This document shows positions 51,172 to 63,798 of a stretch of 64,000 nucleotides of DNA, one piece after another. Made by a program: the position numbers and the translations under genes. The first letter of the stretch is position 1; every line of letters starts with the position of its first letter. The stretch is from Geosiphon pyriformis uo1 (Eukaryota > Fungi > Glomeromycota): positions 446,035-510,034 of the forward strand of contig JAAOMT010000400.1 of NCBI GenBank assembly GCA_016748015.1. Direction: 5' to 3'. Below the pieces are notes generated by a model. That model was not told where the DNA came from. It searched no databases and saw nothing but the letters and a program-made list of their open reading frames with translations.

Positions 51172-53361
51172 TGTTGTCTTGTCTGGTCCGAGTGGCTTGC
51201 CACATGTAGAAAGTGTGTGAATTGCATTTAGTTTGAGCCACTTGGTTTGGTTCTATGTACTAGGTAGTGGTTGGACTTCACTCATTAAATGAATAAAAAA
51301 AAAAAAAAAATATTAATAAATATTGTATATTTATTGTTTAATAATTAAATTTATATATAAATTATAATTTTACTAACAAATTTATAATTAAAATATATAT
51401 ATATCTTATAAAAACTGTTTACAGATAAATTTTTATTGTTGTTTAAAAATAGTTATATAATTAACAATATTCTAAAATAATTTGTTTTTATTATAAAAAG
51501 ATTGAATTCTTAAATTATATCTTTATATATGAATCTAATACTGATATTTAATTGGATTTTTTATATAATTTGTTAAAGTTTTGGTTTTTTTATGTAGATA
51601 TTGTTGGTTTTTGTTCTTTCATAATACAGTTTTTAAGTTGTAGTGTTTTAAACAGTTTAATTTATATGATTTTATACAAAGATATTGTCTTTAATAATTG
51701 ATATATTAATATATTAATAGTTTTTAAAGATATTAAATCAGCTTAATTATTAATAATCAATCTTATTTATTAATTAATAAAGAATTATAAAGAAAAAATT
51801 TAGTTGTATTAATTTAAGTAGAAAGCAGTAATAAAAAAAAATAATTTGGTAAATAATTTACATATTATTTTTTATTGTTTATATAGTTTGGTAGCAAATT
51901 TGTTAAATAAAATTATTTAGTTATTCGGTTATTAAATATTAATAAAGTTATAGCTATTAGTTTTGAGTTATATAATTAATATATATTTTTTTGTTTAAAT
52001 AATAATATTAATATTATAATAAGTAAATAGTATAGTTTTAATCAATTTAAATAGCTAATTATATATAATAATAAAAATTATATTTAGTTGTAAATTCTTT
52101 ATTATTTTATGTATACTAGATAATAATTAGACTATACTTGTTAAATATATAATAATAATAATAATAATAATAAATTTTTTTTTAAATAAATTAAAATAAA
52201 AATAATTTTGTATTACTTGTTAAAATCAATTATTAATTTGAATTACATAATTAAAATCTTATAAATTATTTTAAATTTTGTATTAAATATAACAAAAAAG
52301 TTAAAAAAAAATAAAACATCAAAAATTAAAATATTTATATAATATAAATTTAGATGACTAATTATGTATAAAAAAACATAATTATTTTTTATTTTAATAT
52401 TTATTGTATGTTCTAAAATAATTAAATTATACTTCATTAAAGCTAAAAATAAATTAATGTTTTACCAATTTTTTTTAAATAAATTGATTTTTAATATTTT
52501 TATTTGTGTTTAATAATAATAATATCTTAATTTGTAATTAATATAATGTTTAATTGTTATATGATTATTGCTTAAAATTATATAAAGATAATTAATGTGA
52601 TACTTATTTATCATATTCACAATTCTATCTTTTAATGTGCAATTTTTAAGAAAATAAAAATTTTCATATAATAAAATATTTACTTTACTTGGCATTCAAA
52701 TTTGAATTAAATATTTAAGCCCGAATGATCAACAAATTCCCACGTTAAAAGGCCGAAGATCACGGAAATCTTGTTCTGTGTCAATAAAAGATGGCGTAAG
52801 AAATTGAATGATCTTCTGTACTATAATTCGAATACTAGTTTGTCTATGTTGTAGAATCTACATTTACTACATCATCCCCCTACAGTGTATCATTGCCTTT
52901 TTCCCACATCCGATTTACTGGATTACCAATTTACTTTTTATCGTTCCCGCATGACTGTACTCGATTGGGCAGTCTGCGGATAACAAAAAACAAACAATAT
53001 TTCTTACTATTTGTTTGTTTCCTCTTTTTTTTTAATCTTTCACACGTTCCCTTAATTCACCCAATACGTTCGTTCAATCCCGGTATTTTTTCTTTCAATA
53101 CTATAAATTGAACAAGGGAAGCCTTAAGCTTTCCAGAGTTCTAGTCGTCGTCAGCAACCGCGTGTCAAAGTTTCGTTTCGACATCATCTCTAACATATAG
53201 GTCGAACACTTGGGCGGCTCCGCCCTTAAGCTGCCTTCCAAGCCACAAAAACTTTGCGTCGTCGGTCCTCCTTATTGTATAAGCTTACTTAGTTTTTCTT
53301 TTTTATCATTACAATATTTGCTTTTCACATACTGAACAGGAATAAAATTTTGACCTAAGTT

Positions 53362-55266
53362 ATGCCTGAAGTTACTTTTCAAGCGAAAAACTCGACTTCT
53401 GGTATATAAAAATATATAAAATTATTTTGAATTTTCAGAGCTTTTACAACCCTCAATCTTTTTAAGAATTTTCGTTCGTTCTTATAGCCCCCAAAGGATT
53501 AAATCATCGAAAAATGGCTTCGCCAACAAGTATTTTACGTAGTCATAAAACTTCCAAGGTAGGATCATAAAACCACTGGGGTTATTAGTTTATATTTATC
53601 TTTATCTTAGAGTGATCCTAACACTTTCATATCTTAGAGCCAATCTATTGTGCCAATCCCTTTTTCGGATTGTTCTGATTCGGAACAAGAAGGTGGTAGT
53701 AGCCAAGTCATCACCGAAGATTATGGACAAGGTTATGAAACTGAACCGGAAGACGATATCGAACTTCAAGAGGCACCAGAAACGCTTCAACATGAGCAAT
53801 TAATAAAGTCTGGTTATTTGTTGAAAAAACAAGAGAGACGAAATGTTCGAGGCAAGGTTAGTTGTAAATTTAAATCAGTCTCGACTTGAAGCAAATCTTG
53901 TCTACCGATCTTAAGGAAACTACAGCTATTAATTGATTAGGGTAAACCCAATAATTGAAAATCAACAAATTTTTTATATCTAGCATTGGAAAAAAAGGTG
54001 GTTTGTGCTGAGATCTACCAGATTTGCCTACTATAAAGATGACAAGGTAAAAATTAAACTTTTTTATTGAAATATATCTCCCTTACTTATTCAGCTTAAA
54101 AAAAATCCACTTTGATATAGGAGTACGAACTTATCCGTATTTTGGATATGAGCGATGTTCATGCTATTGCTAAAGTACAATTGAAAAGTAAAGATAATGT
54201 CTTTGGGATTGTCACCCCTAAACGCACATATTATATTCAAGCCAATAGTAAGAAAGAGCTTGATGACTGGTTAGATGCCTTAAACAAAATCAAGAATCAA
54301 GTTCAGGATGAAAGTATTTTAGATGGCGAAGATGAAGGAAGTCAGGGTGACAGTGAAGAAATGGCCTCAAAACAAGCAAGAATATCTTTACCAAAGAGAT
54401 CTTCTAGATTGGCTTTTCAAGAACCTCCAAAAACTAAACCAGCACCACTTACCCCAACATCCATGCTGGAGAAACCTTTTGTTACATCCCCAATCCAACC
54501 CACAGGGGCAATAGATATACCAAAACCCTCTAATCAGCATAACTCTCACCCTAGTATTGAAGGCTTTTCATACGCTTCAGTATCTTCATATAATTCGGTA
54601 GTTTCTAATGCAAATGTACCTTCCACACCATCAAGCCCGTCTGGTGGTCAATTTCTACCAGAAAGAAAAGATAGCAGTGATCCAACCGCTAGTTCAGAGG
54701 ATGATGATGCTTTATCTGTTGGTATGTCCAAGAATGTCGAAGTTATTCCTGAGGAAGGCGAGAACAATCGAATGATTCACGCTGGCTATTTATATAAATT
54801 GAGCAAAAGATATAAGGTCAGTGGGAGTAATTGAGTTTTGTCTCAAATTAGAAATATTTGTTCATTTTTCTCTTTATAACAGACTTGGAAAAAAAGATGG
54901 TTTGTTCTTCGGAATAGTACGCTGACATATTATAAAAATGAAAAGGTAAGTCTTGGTGAATTTCTTTTATGTATTTATTAGTGGCCTGATTGATTTGCCA
55001 AAATCAATTATTAGGAACGTGAAGCTCTAAGAGTTATTCCTCTAAACGTAATACTTGACGCCATCGAGACTGATTCGATTTCGAAATCTAAACAATACTG
55101 CTTCAAAATTATCACTCCTAAACGTGTTTTCGTTATTTGCGCTTCAGATGACGAGTCGGAGATGAATTGGTTGGGTGCCTTGCAGATGGCACTGAATAAG
55201 ACGAAAGAAAAGCTGAAGGAAGAAGATGGTGACAGCAAATCTTCAGGTTATTCTATTAAAGCTTAA
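53362..55266 (+). CDS. Tandem PH-domain protein (Opy1-like), ~467 aa; exons 53362-53401, 53488-53558, 53638-53856, 53984-54046, 54121-54816, 54883-54945, 55015-55266
   Basis: Two PH domains (KSGYLLK..WKKRWFVLR..YYK..RTYYIQA..WL; HAGYLYK..WKKRWFVLR..RVFVICA..WL). All introns are GT-AG and the frame is maintained. The first two exons are less certain. Confidence 0.88.
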
Positions 55267-56518
55267 TATAATTTTATTCGGGTCTCCTGGGCTCTCCTTT
55301 CAGTTGAAGATATTCGTAATAAACCCCTGTGGAATTTTTAATGCCAATTAATCAGCCGAAAAAAATGTACACTATAATTCACCCATTAATGACTTTTTTT
55401 CTTTTGATTTAATACTTTATAAAAAACCTTCTGGGAAACACAAAACTTTTAATATTTATTTTCTCATTGTAAATCAATAATCTTTTATTTTATGTAACTG
55501 TGTTTTTTGTCCTCCCTTTAATAATTTTCAACCCAATTGCCTTAATTATGTCATTCTTTTAATTTTATTATGGAGTTGATCAAATTTCAGATGCCTTTAA
55601 TCTTACATATTTTCGCCTATTGCAACATGGGCTTCCTCCTTTCCCACTCTATCTTTAATTTTAACTTTGAAGATATGGACTTTTTTATATTACCTTTCTT
55701 GATATTTCTCGTTCACCATCCCTTTTCGCTTGGCAACCATAAATTTTCGGTTGTTATTAATCAATTATACCAGCTGAGACTTTTATAAAATATTGATTCA
55801 AACACCGTATAATCCTTCAACCTCCCTTATTCTACTGCCATTATTTTCTCTATTACTCATTTATCCTTATTAATATTATTGCCAGCTCTTACTTTCATTA
55901 CCATAACTTGATTGGGTTATATTTTGTGAAATTTGTGTATCAAATGTTTTCAATTTTTATTTTTGAGTACATTTGCTTTTCACGACTCTAATAAAAATAC
56001 TTGATCAGAGGATAAGTCAAAATTTCAATATCGAGAAATGGTTGCATTATTTATTTGAATTAAAAAAGTCAGGAAAGGATTGGTGAATTTTTTATTTGAA
56101 TCTATGATTGAGGCTTATTCATTACTTTTATCCCAGGGTAAAGCATTCGGATTTCCGAGTCTTGAATGGTTTGATTGAGCATTTGAATCAGAATATTCTA
56201 TTTATATTGAGAACCCCGAGATCCACGTTCATAAAAGCATTATCCCAATGATGGGTTTGCGTTATTTTAAAAAAAGGTTCAATAGCAATAAATTGTTTAA
56301 ATTACAAATTTGAGAGAGGCTGTGTGAGTTTGCAAATGAATTTTATTGAGATAAAAGAAATGTCAATTAGCCACATAATATTAAACCATAATCATGGTTT
56401 AATTGCAAGCTAAAAGGATTTGAGGATAATCCTGAATCCAATTCTCCTTTCACTTAAGTAATGTTCTAGTATTTGCGAATTATTACCGACAATAGATACA
56501 TGATAAGCAAATACATCC

Positions 56519-57457
56519 TTAACTAGTTCTCAATTTCTCAATCTTCGCTCTCGCTTCCGAAAGTTCGAACTCCAAAACGCGCTTTTCCCGAAATAATAAA
56601 TTGAGTTCGCGGGTCATATCCGCCATCTCAGCCCTTATCTCCTCCAACGCCCGTCTTAACTTGTTGGTCTCATTGTAAACCGACTCTTTCCCTTTTTGAT
56701 TTGTGAGGATATGTCGGTCCTGTCGTCTTAAATGATCAGCAAAAATCTCGATAATTTCTTTTGAAGTAAGACGAGGTATTGGATCAGTAGTTGTAATAGA
56801 GGCGAGAGATGACGGGGAAGAGAAATCGATGATTTTATCTGGCAATGGGAATGGGTTCATTTTTTGCCGTTTGGGAGCATTCCTATTATTTAAGACCTGA
56901 TCACATAATACGATCACAAAACTTAAATTAATGATTATATTATAGACTTTATAATCGTTTTGTATGAAAATACTCACCTTTTGCTCTTCATCGGCCATAT
57001 TCTCACCATTTTCTTCGTCTTCATCTAAGGAAGAGGAGGCAGCTCTCTTCCTGCTTTTTGCAGGTTGTGATAAGCCGGTATGTTCAGCAACATCGTAAGT
57101 ATTGTGATCGGGAATTATATTATGTAAAAGCACATTATTCATTTTTTTTGCCTCATTTTGGCTCGGGGCGGCAGGTGCTTTCAGATCTTGACTTGCACTA
57201 GCTATTTGATTAGTGTTATTAGCAGGTCTTTTTCGTTCAGCCCACTTAAAATAGTTACAGCTTAGTTTTTTAGTATCTCCGTTCAGATTGTATTGCGAGC
57301 ACGACCAAAAAAGACGACCCTGATTTGAACTGTCGCGTTTTGTAACGCATTTCAATTGAGTTTCGAATCTGCATCTACACATAGGCGCATTTTCGAGAGA
57401 ATCGTAGATGGTAACTCGGTTTTTCGCAGCAGAAGTAGGAAGTGACCGATTAGACAT
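56519..57457 (-). CDS. GRF-type zinc finger protein with C-terminal coiled coil; probable intron 56897-56977
   Basis: CRC...NQGRLFWSC...CNYFKW is a zf-GRF signature; GTGAGT...CAG 81-nt intron. Confidence 0.82.
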   Translation of the reverse strand: MSNRSLPTSAAKNRVTIYDSLENAPMCRCRFETQLKCVTKRDSSNQGRLFWSCSQYNLNGDTKKLSCNYFKWAERKRPANNTNQIASASQDLKAPAAPSQNEAKKMNNVLLHNIIPDHNTYDVAEHTGLSQPAKSRKRAASSSLDEDEENGENMADEEQKVSIFIQNDYKVYNIIINLSFVIVLCDQVLNNRNAPKRQKMNPFPLPDKIIDFSSPSSLASITTTDPIPRLTSKEIIEIFADHLRRQDRHILTNQKGKESVYNETNKLRRALEEIRAEMADMTRELNLLFREKRVLEFELSEARAKIEKLRTS

Positions 57458-58885
57458 ATTTTTAAAGCTTCCAAAAAGTAATATGGAAAAGATGTAGCAA
57501 GGGTGTTTAAATGTCCCGACCCTTTGACAATTAACAGGCTATCTAATAGTAAGATAAATTCTCGAGTAGTGTTTGGGAATCTCTATTTTTAATAAATTCG
57601 ACGTGCAGAACCAAATTTTTTATTGGACAGATTATCCTATTATCTATTAAAATTTAGAAGTCATTTGACTATGCTGGCATCTCATAGTTGTGCCATCAAA
57701 AAATTTTGTGATGATTTTCTTTGTTGCCAAGCCCCATAATCTGACATTATTAAAATGTTGAAACAATTGTCACACAAAAATTTTTTTGTATTAAAGTTTA
57801 CCATTTGGAAATCTATTGAACATGGAATGGGGATCGTCAAAGACAAATGTAAAAGAACCGAGGCAAATTCCCTTATAGTGCTATTTTTTTTATTGTAATA
57901 CCGGTTAAATTGATAATGTTAATTAGCTGTACCTCACAACTTACAATAATCCACTTTGTTTCAAACAAGAGCTATTTCGACCTTAAAAATAAGTATGGCA
58001 AGAAAAAGAGATATAATACAAGATTTTATATAATACAATAATGAAGGAAATTATTAATAAACACCATTTGGACAGGATTCTTGGTCAGAAGCGATTTTTT
58101 GCTTTTTTCCCAGATATTTCAAAGGAGATTTCTATTATTATATATTTTGATTTTTTCATATGAAAAATGCGTAATAGATTAAATTAAAGACAATTAATAT
58201 TCAATTTTTATAAAAAATGAAAGAAAAACCCTCCCCCCTCCCAAAAAAAAAATGTATTTTCTTTAATTTCGAACAAAAAAAAAATTTTTATTCAAATTTA
58301 TTCCTTGAAATTAATTAAGGCTTGAATTTCTCAGTTTAATTTCGGCATTATATTTTTAGATAATTTCATTATTTTAAATGGTTCATTTTAATGATTAAAT
58401 ATTGTTGTTATTTAATTTTTGAAATTTCAATCAGAAAGGTCAAAAAATAAAATCACATTTATCAAAATATTTTAATTATTTAATTATTATATAAACTGTT
58501 AATATAAAAAGTGAAAATTTATTATTTAAGTGTTCCAAAGATATTTTTTACAAAAACAATAAATTTATGATTTTTTTTTGAAATGAGATTTTCTCTGAAA
58601 TTTTTTTATATTTGAATAATTTCTTAAATTAAGTCTTTATTTGATTTAATTGGCAATTTTTAAATTACTTGTTATTGGATAAATCACGCGACTTTCCCGA
58701 TCCAAATGTAAAATATGTAAGAAAAGTTGGGGTTTCATGAAACAAGGAGTTTAAAATATCAAAAAGACCCATATGAATATAAATTTTATTTAAAAAGAGC
58801 CATTTGACGAAAGGCTTATCAAAATTTTAAACTGACAGCTAGAAAGATATGGTCATATCTTGCAGATACAATAAAAGAAAGATTC

Positions 58886-60409
58886 CTATGATAAGCGTTT
58901 CCGTAGTTCATTTCTCAATTTTACAGCGTCTTTGGCGAAATTGCGAATACCATCAGCAAGTTTCTCGGTAGCCATAGCATCTTCATTCAATGCCCACCGG
59001 AAAGATTTTTCGTCAAAAGTAACCTTCTTTTCGGCATTAAGCTTAGCTAAATTTGTTAAATTCATTAATAATTAGTGGGGTTGAACTTTCAAAATTAAAA
59101 TCCCCAACTAACCTTTTTCGGGGCTTAATTTACGCTCGACTTGTGTAGTGTCTTGATTTAATTCATGCAATAAAGCTGGACTAATGGTCAAGAAATCACA
59201 TCCAGCCAATTCCTTAATTTCGCCCGTATTTCTGAACGAGGCACCCATAACAATTGTTTTGTATCCGTATGTCTTGTAATAATTATAAATACTTGTAACG
59301 GATTGGACCCCAGGATCTTCTGTCGGGGCAAAATCCTTGCCACTGTTTTTCTTGTACCAGTCAAGAATACGACCAACAAATGGTGAGACCAGAGTGATAC
59401 CAGCTTCAGCACAGGCTACCGCCTAACAATTATAAGAAACAATTAGAAATGAATTGCGTTTTTTCCTAATAATGGATAAATTTTGAATTTACCTGAGCAA
59501 AAGAGAACAACAAGGTTAAATTGCAATGGATTCCTTCCTGTTCTAGTTGTTTTGCTGCTTGGATACCTTCCCATGTAGATGCTATCTTGATTAATACACG
59601 CTCTTTTTCAATCCCAATTTCCTTGTATAGACTAATTAAACGTTTGGCCTTCGCGATGGTGGCTTCCTTGTCGAAGGAAAGCTTTGCATCAACTTCAGTT
59701 GAAACACGTCCCGGAATTATTTTTAAAATCTCACTCCCAAAGTTGATTAGCTATCGAGAGAAAGGAATTTGAATCAAGAAATCTCAATGAAGCCAAACAA
59801 TTGAGGGTAAATCAGGGAAACCTCTTACCAGTTTATCTAGAGCTAATTCGACTTTGTTTTCAAAATCACTATTATCAAGAAAAACAAAAATATTATTATT
59901 TATTGTAAGAAAATAGATAGATATCTTCCATTGGGTTAGAAGATATCCCATTACGCAATATATACTATGTGAATTAATCGATGCTAATCCACGAATTTTA
60001 TCCTCCACAAAATTAAATGATTGATATTTTAAAAAGACTTTTGACCTTTTGATCGCAAAGATCTATTTCTGAAACAATAAAAATTCCCAATTTTACCATA
60101 ACGCACATTTTATACATACCTTTCCTTTTCTTCGGCATAGGAAATTGCAGAATCAATTAAATGGGCATAATGCGGATTTTGTGACGCAGCCAAGATGAGA
60201 GAAGGATTAGTGGTGGCATCTTGGGGTTTATATTGAGCGATGGCTGTGATAATAAAAATTTCATAATTAATGTATCCCGTGAACCGAATATAGGTGAGCC
60301 AGATACTTCAAAAAATATAGATATTTATATAATAATACTTGCATTCGAAGTCGCCAGTATCAGCAACAATTGTAGTATATTGTTTTAACTGGTCGAGAAC
60401 GGAAGTCAT
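58886..60409 (-). CDS. TAL1: Transaldolase, 319 aa; exons 60343-60409, 60120-60243, 59829-59868, 59493-59750, 59113-59422, 58886-59046
   Basis: [36 protein letters not shown] (catalytic Lys), [24 protein letters not shown]; the spliced frame is continuous. Confidence 0.97.
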
Positions 60410-61135
60410 TATTATAAAGAAAAAATGGTTTTGAAGAATCAAATTAAAATTAAAGTGGCAACGGGAAAAGAAACAATCAACCCTTCTATATAAAGATCAA
60501 AAAATCGGAACAGGTTTTTTAAATGATTTGTCATTTGAGTTTGATCAATCGAACATAATGTGTAATCATATGGAAAAAAGAGATAAATCTAACTTAATAT
60601 GGAATCGAACAATAATTAGTGATGAGATGACGGAATGCTTCGTTATATAAATAAATTTTGACATAAAGATTAATAATTCAAAAAGACTAAAAAGAGATTT
60701 TGCTTATTAATTATGTTTTTCGAGTCAGTTGAATTGGAAAATATAAGCTTTTTAAATTTGAAGTAAAAAGATATTATGCTCAAAAGGTTTACTATTTTTA
60801 TTAAAATGTTATATTGCATATTTGGTAAAATTTAATTTAAATATTAAAACATATTAATTTGTTAATTATTTAATACTAATTTTTTTTTTCTATTGTTTTG
60901 ATAAAAATATAATGAATTTAGTTAAATAACAAAAACTTTATTATTATAATTTATTTATTTTTTGGTCTTTCCATAAAAATAAAAAATAAAATAAAAAGAC
61001 CTAAAAAATTTTTTTATTACTTTTCACGAATAAAAAATGTTTTTAGTATTTTTTTTTTTTGAATAAAACCTTTGAACGGTTGAAAAAAGGGTTTATAAAT
61101 GGCTAATTTAACTATAAAAAAATACCACTATATCT

Positions 61136-61164
61136 TTTTCTTTCTTTCTTTCTTTCTTTCTTTC
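61136..61164. repeat. (TTTC)n microsatellite
   Basis: Direct reading. Confidence 0.8.
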
Positions 61165-61827
61165 GTTAATAACTATTAAAAATAATGGCAATAATATTAA
61201 CATATAGTTTTGATTTTAATTTTAATTAAAATTTTTTTTAAAAATAGTAAATAAAAAAAAAGTGGTTTTATTGCATTAAAGAAAAATGAGAATATGCCTC
61301 CTTTCATTCCTTGAATATTTTGGTTATTCAGCGATTTTTGTTTTATCAGATTTTTTTCACTTATACTTTCCAAATAATTTTTTAATCAAGATTTTTTTTT
61401 CAATCTTTGTGATAATTGAGAATTTATTTTACATTAACTGGTAGAATTAAAAATTTTATTTTAAAATAAACAGAAAATCGAACCCCAATGGTAAAAATAT
61501 ATAATTTGACCGTAGAGTAAAGGATGCACTTTAATTTCATCTAGTTTTCTCTTTTTTTTACAATTAAAACGATTCACAAAATCAAATGCGAATTCACCCA
61601 AATCATATCGAAGTGGAAAGTTTCAAAAACCGAATTTTTATTTTTGAAAAATTTTTTGTTTCCAAAATTACAATACATAAAAAATATGGAGAACTTTTCT
61701 TCTTCAAAAATGCAACCATTTTAAATGAACCTACCTCTAATTGCAGCAACTCGTTAAACTGGAGGATTTAATTAAAACCACCACCATTAAAGACAAATCC
61801 CATTTTTTTAGACAAAACAAACCTCTT

Positions 61828-63033
61828 CTAAACATCCTCGATCTTTCTTTTCCCCTTCCCTCCAACACCATTAGCAACCGCAGTATTATTAAATTTGCTC
61901 ACTTCTTTCTTGAACATTTCTGAAGACCCCTTGATGACACGTGCAGTATTTAAACTAGCCTTCTCATTCTTTATGAGACCATTCTTTATTTGACTACTAT
62001 CAACTTTCTCGCTAGCAGACAAAGTTGGTCGAATTGTAATAGCCGAGCTTAATTTCACCTTATCATTTATCATATCTTGATTCGATTCACAGATTGGTTT
62101 TGAGATTGGTGGATCGATCAAGCTTTTCTGATCAGCCACAGTGTTAATCGGTATTTTCCCGGGCAATATTGAAGAATGCATAGGGTTCCCCAAAATATTT
62201 ATTCCTATATTAGAAACATTCTGGTCTACTTGGTCATCCGAGAAAGGATAAATCCATTTTGTACACTTTTCTGGGTGACCACATTTCCCGGTACAAACTT
62301 CATCTTCCAAAACATTCGGCTTCCTCACAGCCCCCATAGATGAGGATGATTGAAATTCTGGTTCAATATTTTCACGGAATGAATTCGAGTCATCAACAGA
62401 ACTTTCCAACAGAATAATCTCATCATTCTTCTCTCTGCTATCCCTTTGCACAGCTTCAACAATATTTTCTCTTTCCGCCTCTACCTCTTTATTAATTTCT
62501 TCAACGTGTTTCTCTTGTTCATATTCCAGATCTCTCACAATCTCTTCATGAACCTTTACATCAATTTCAACGAGCAACTGAGGTCTGTGATTAGGTTGTT
62601 TTCGATCAAATCGAACTCTGGCACACGATTCTGCCAAATTCCCATCTTCAACATTTTTCATATTTAAATACCAAGCATGTTCTTTCTTTTGCTTTTTTTC
62701 TTGTTTCTCTTCGGTCCTGATATCCAGTATCAACGATTCATTTTTGAAACTATCAAGTAATGCAACCTGACCAGGATACGAACCACGAATATATTGAATC
62801 TGTTGCTGTTGCAAAGCCTGAATGCTATAAGCGATCAATTCAGCAACACGTGTCGCTCCACGAAGAACTTTCCCAGGTCCTTCCTTCTCTGCTAGATTAG
62901 ATTTTATTTCTTTCCGAATGTTTTGATATGCTGTTTCGTTAATTAACGAGTTTCGTAAAATCTTGGAAGTACGTTGGTGAGACTGGGAAGAGAAGGATGG
63001 AACAAAATTTCCTTTCGTACGTGGTTGTGCCAT
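61828..63033 (-). CDS. Hypothetical protein, 401 aa, intronless
   Basis: Long open frame in a CpG-normal region with an ATG start; acidic/coiled middle and a basic C-terminus (KGKRK). Confidence 0.72.
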   Translation of the reverse strand: MAQPRTKGNFVPSFSSQSHQRTSKILRNSLINETAYQNIRKEIKSNLAEKEGPGKVLRGATRVAELIAYSIQALQQQQIQYIRGSYPGQVALLDSFKNESLILDIRTEEKQEKKQKKEHAWYLNMKNVEDGNLAESCARVRFDRKQPNHRPQLLVEIDVKVHEEIVRDLEYEQEKHVEEINKEVEAERENIVEAVQRDSREKNDEIILLESSVDDSNSFRENIEPEFQSSSSMGAVRKPNVLEDEVCTGKCGHPEKCTKWIYPFSDDQVDQNVSNIGINILGNPMHSSILPGKIPINTVADQKSLIDPPISKPICESNQDMINDKVKLSSAITIRPTLSASEKVDSSQIKNGLIKNEKASLNTARVIKGSSEMFKKEVSKFNNTAVANGVGGKGKRKIEDV

Positions 63034-63484
63034 TATTTTTATGGTATTTAGATGATGTGTGAAGAGAGAATGAAATATATATTTTTTGAATTTCTTTTTT
63101 TCTTAATTTTTTCTTAATTTTTTAAAATTGAAAAAAAGAATTTTAGGAATTTTTTACCGCCCCATGATTAATAAGAAATTGATCAAGAATCTTTTTTTAA
63201 AAAAAAATACCAAAAAAGGATGAACCTCTACACAAAATCTTTCCTCTTTCTCTTTCTCTCTCTCTTTCCAATTGTAATTGACGGCTGAAAAATTTATAAA
63301 GAGACCTGAATATAAATTATGAATCAAACAATCTTCTTCACAAGATATAGATATTAATATAATAACCTCAAAAACGTGATTCCTTTAAAAAAAACAAAAT
63401 ATACAATTTTACAATTTTTCATGAATCTAGCCTTTTTTTTTACAAACTTACTAAAATTACAAAAAATTACTATTCGTCCAAAAA

Positions 63485-63798
<314 letters not shown>

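Larger units (their letters stand above)
44538..51310 (+). mobile_element. LINE-C: full-length L1-like non-LTR retrotransposon (least decayed TE in the window)
   Basis: 5' UTR, ORF1, ORF2, 3' UTR, poly-A; TSD AAATATTAAT (44528-44537 / 51308-51317) at a TTTT/AAA site. Confidence 0.93.

Noticed and set aside
37132-51227. Many antisense/overlapping ORFs (e.g. 37132-37680, 46127-46591, 50790-51227)
   Set aside because: Shadow frames of LINE ORF1/ORF2 with no independent motifs.
59188-60008. ORF-track ORFs 59188-59412, 59521-59772, 59784-60008 as separate genes
   Set aside because: They are off-frame, antisense or intron-spanning pieces of the transaldolase locus.
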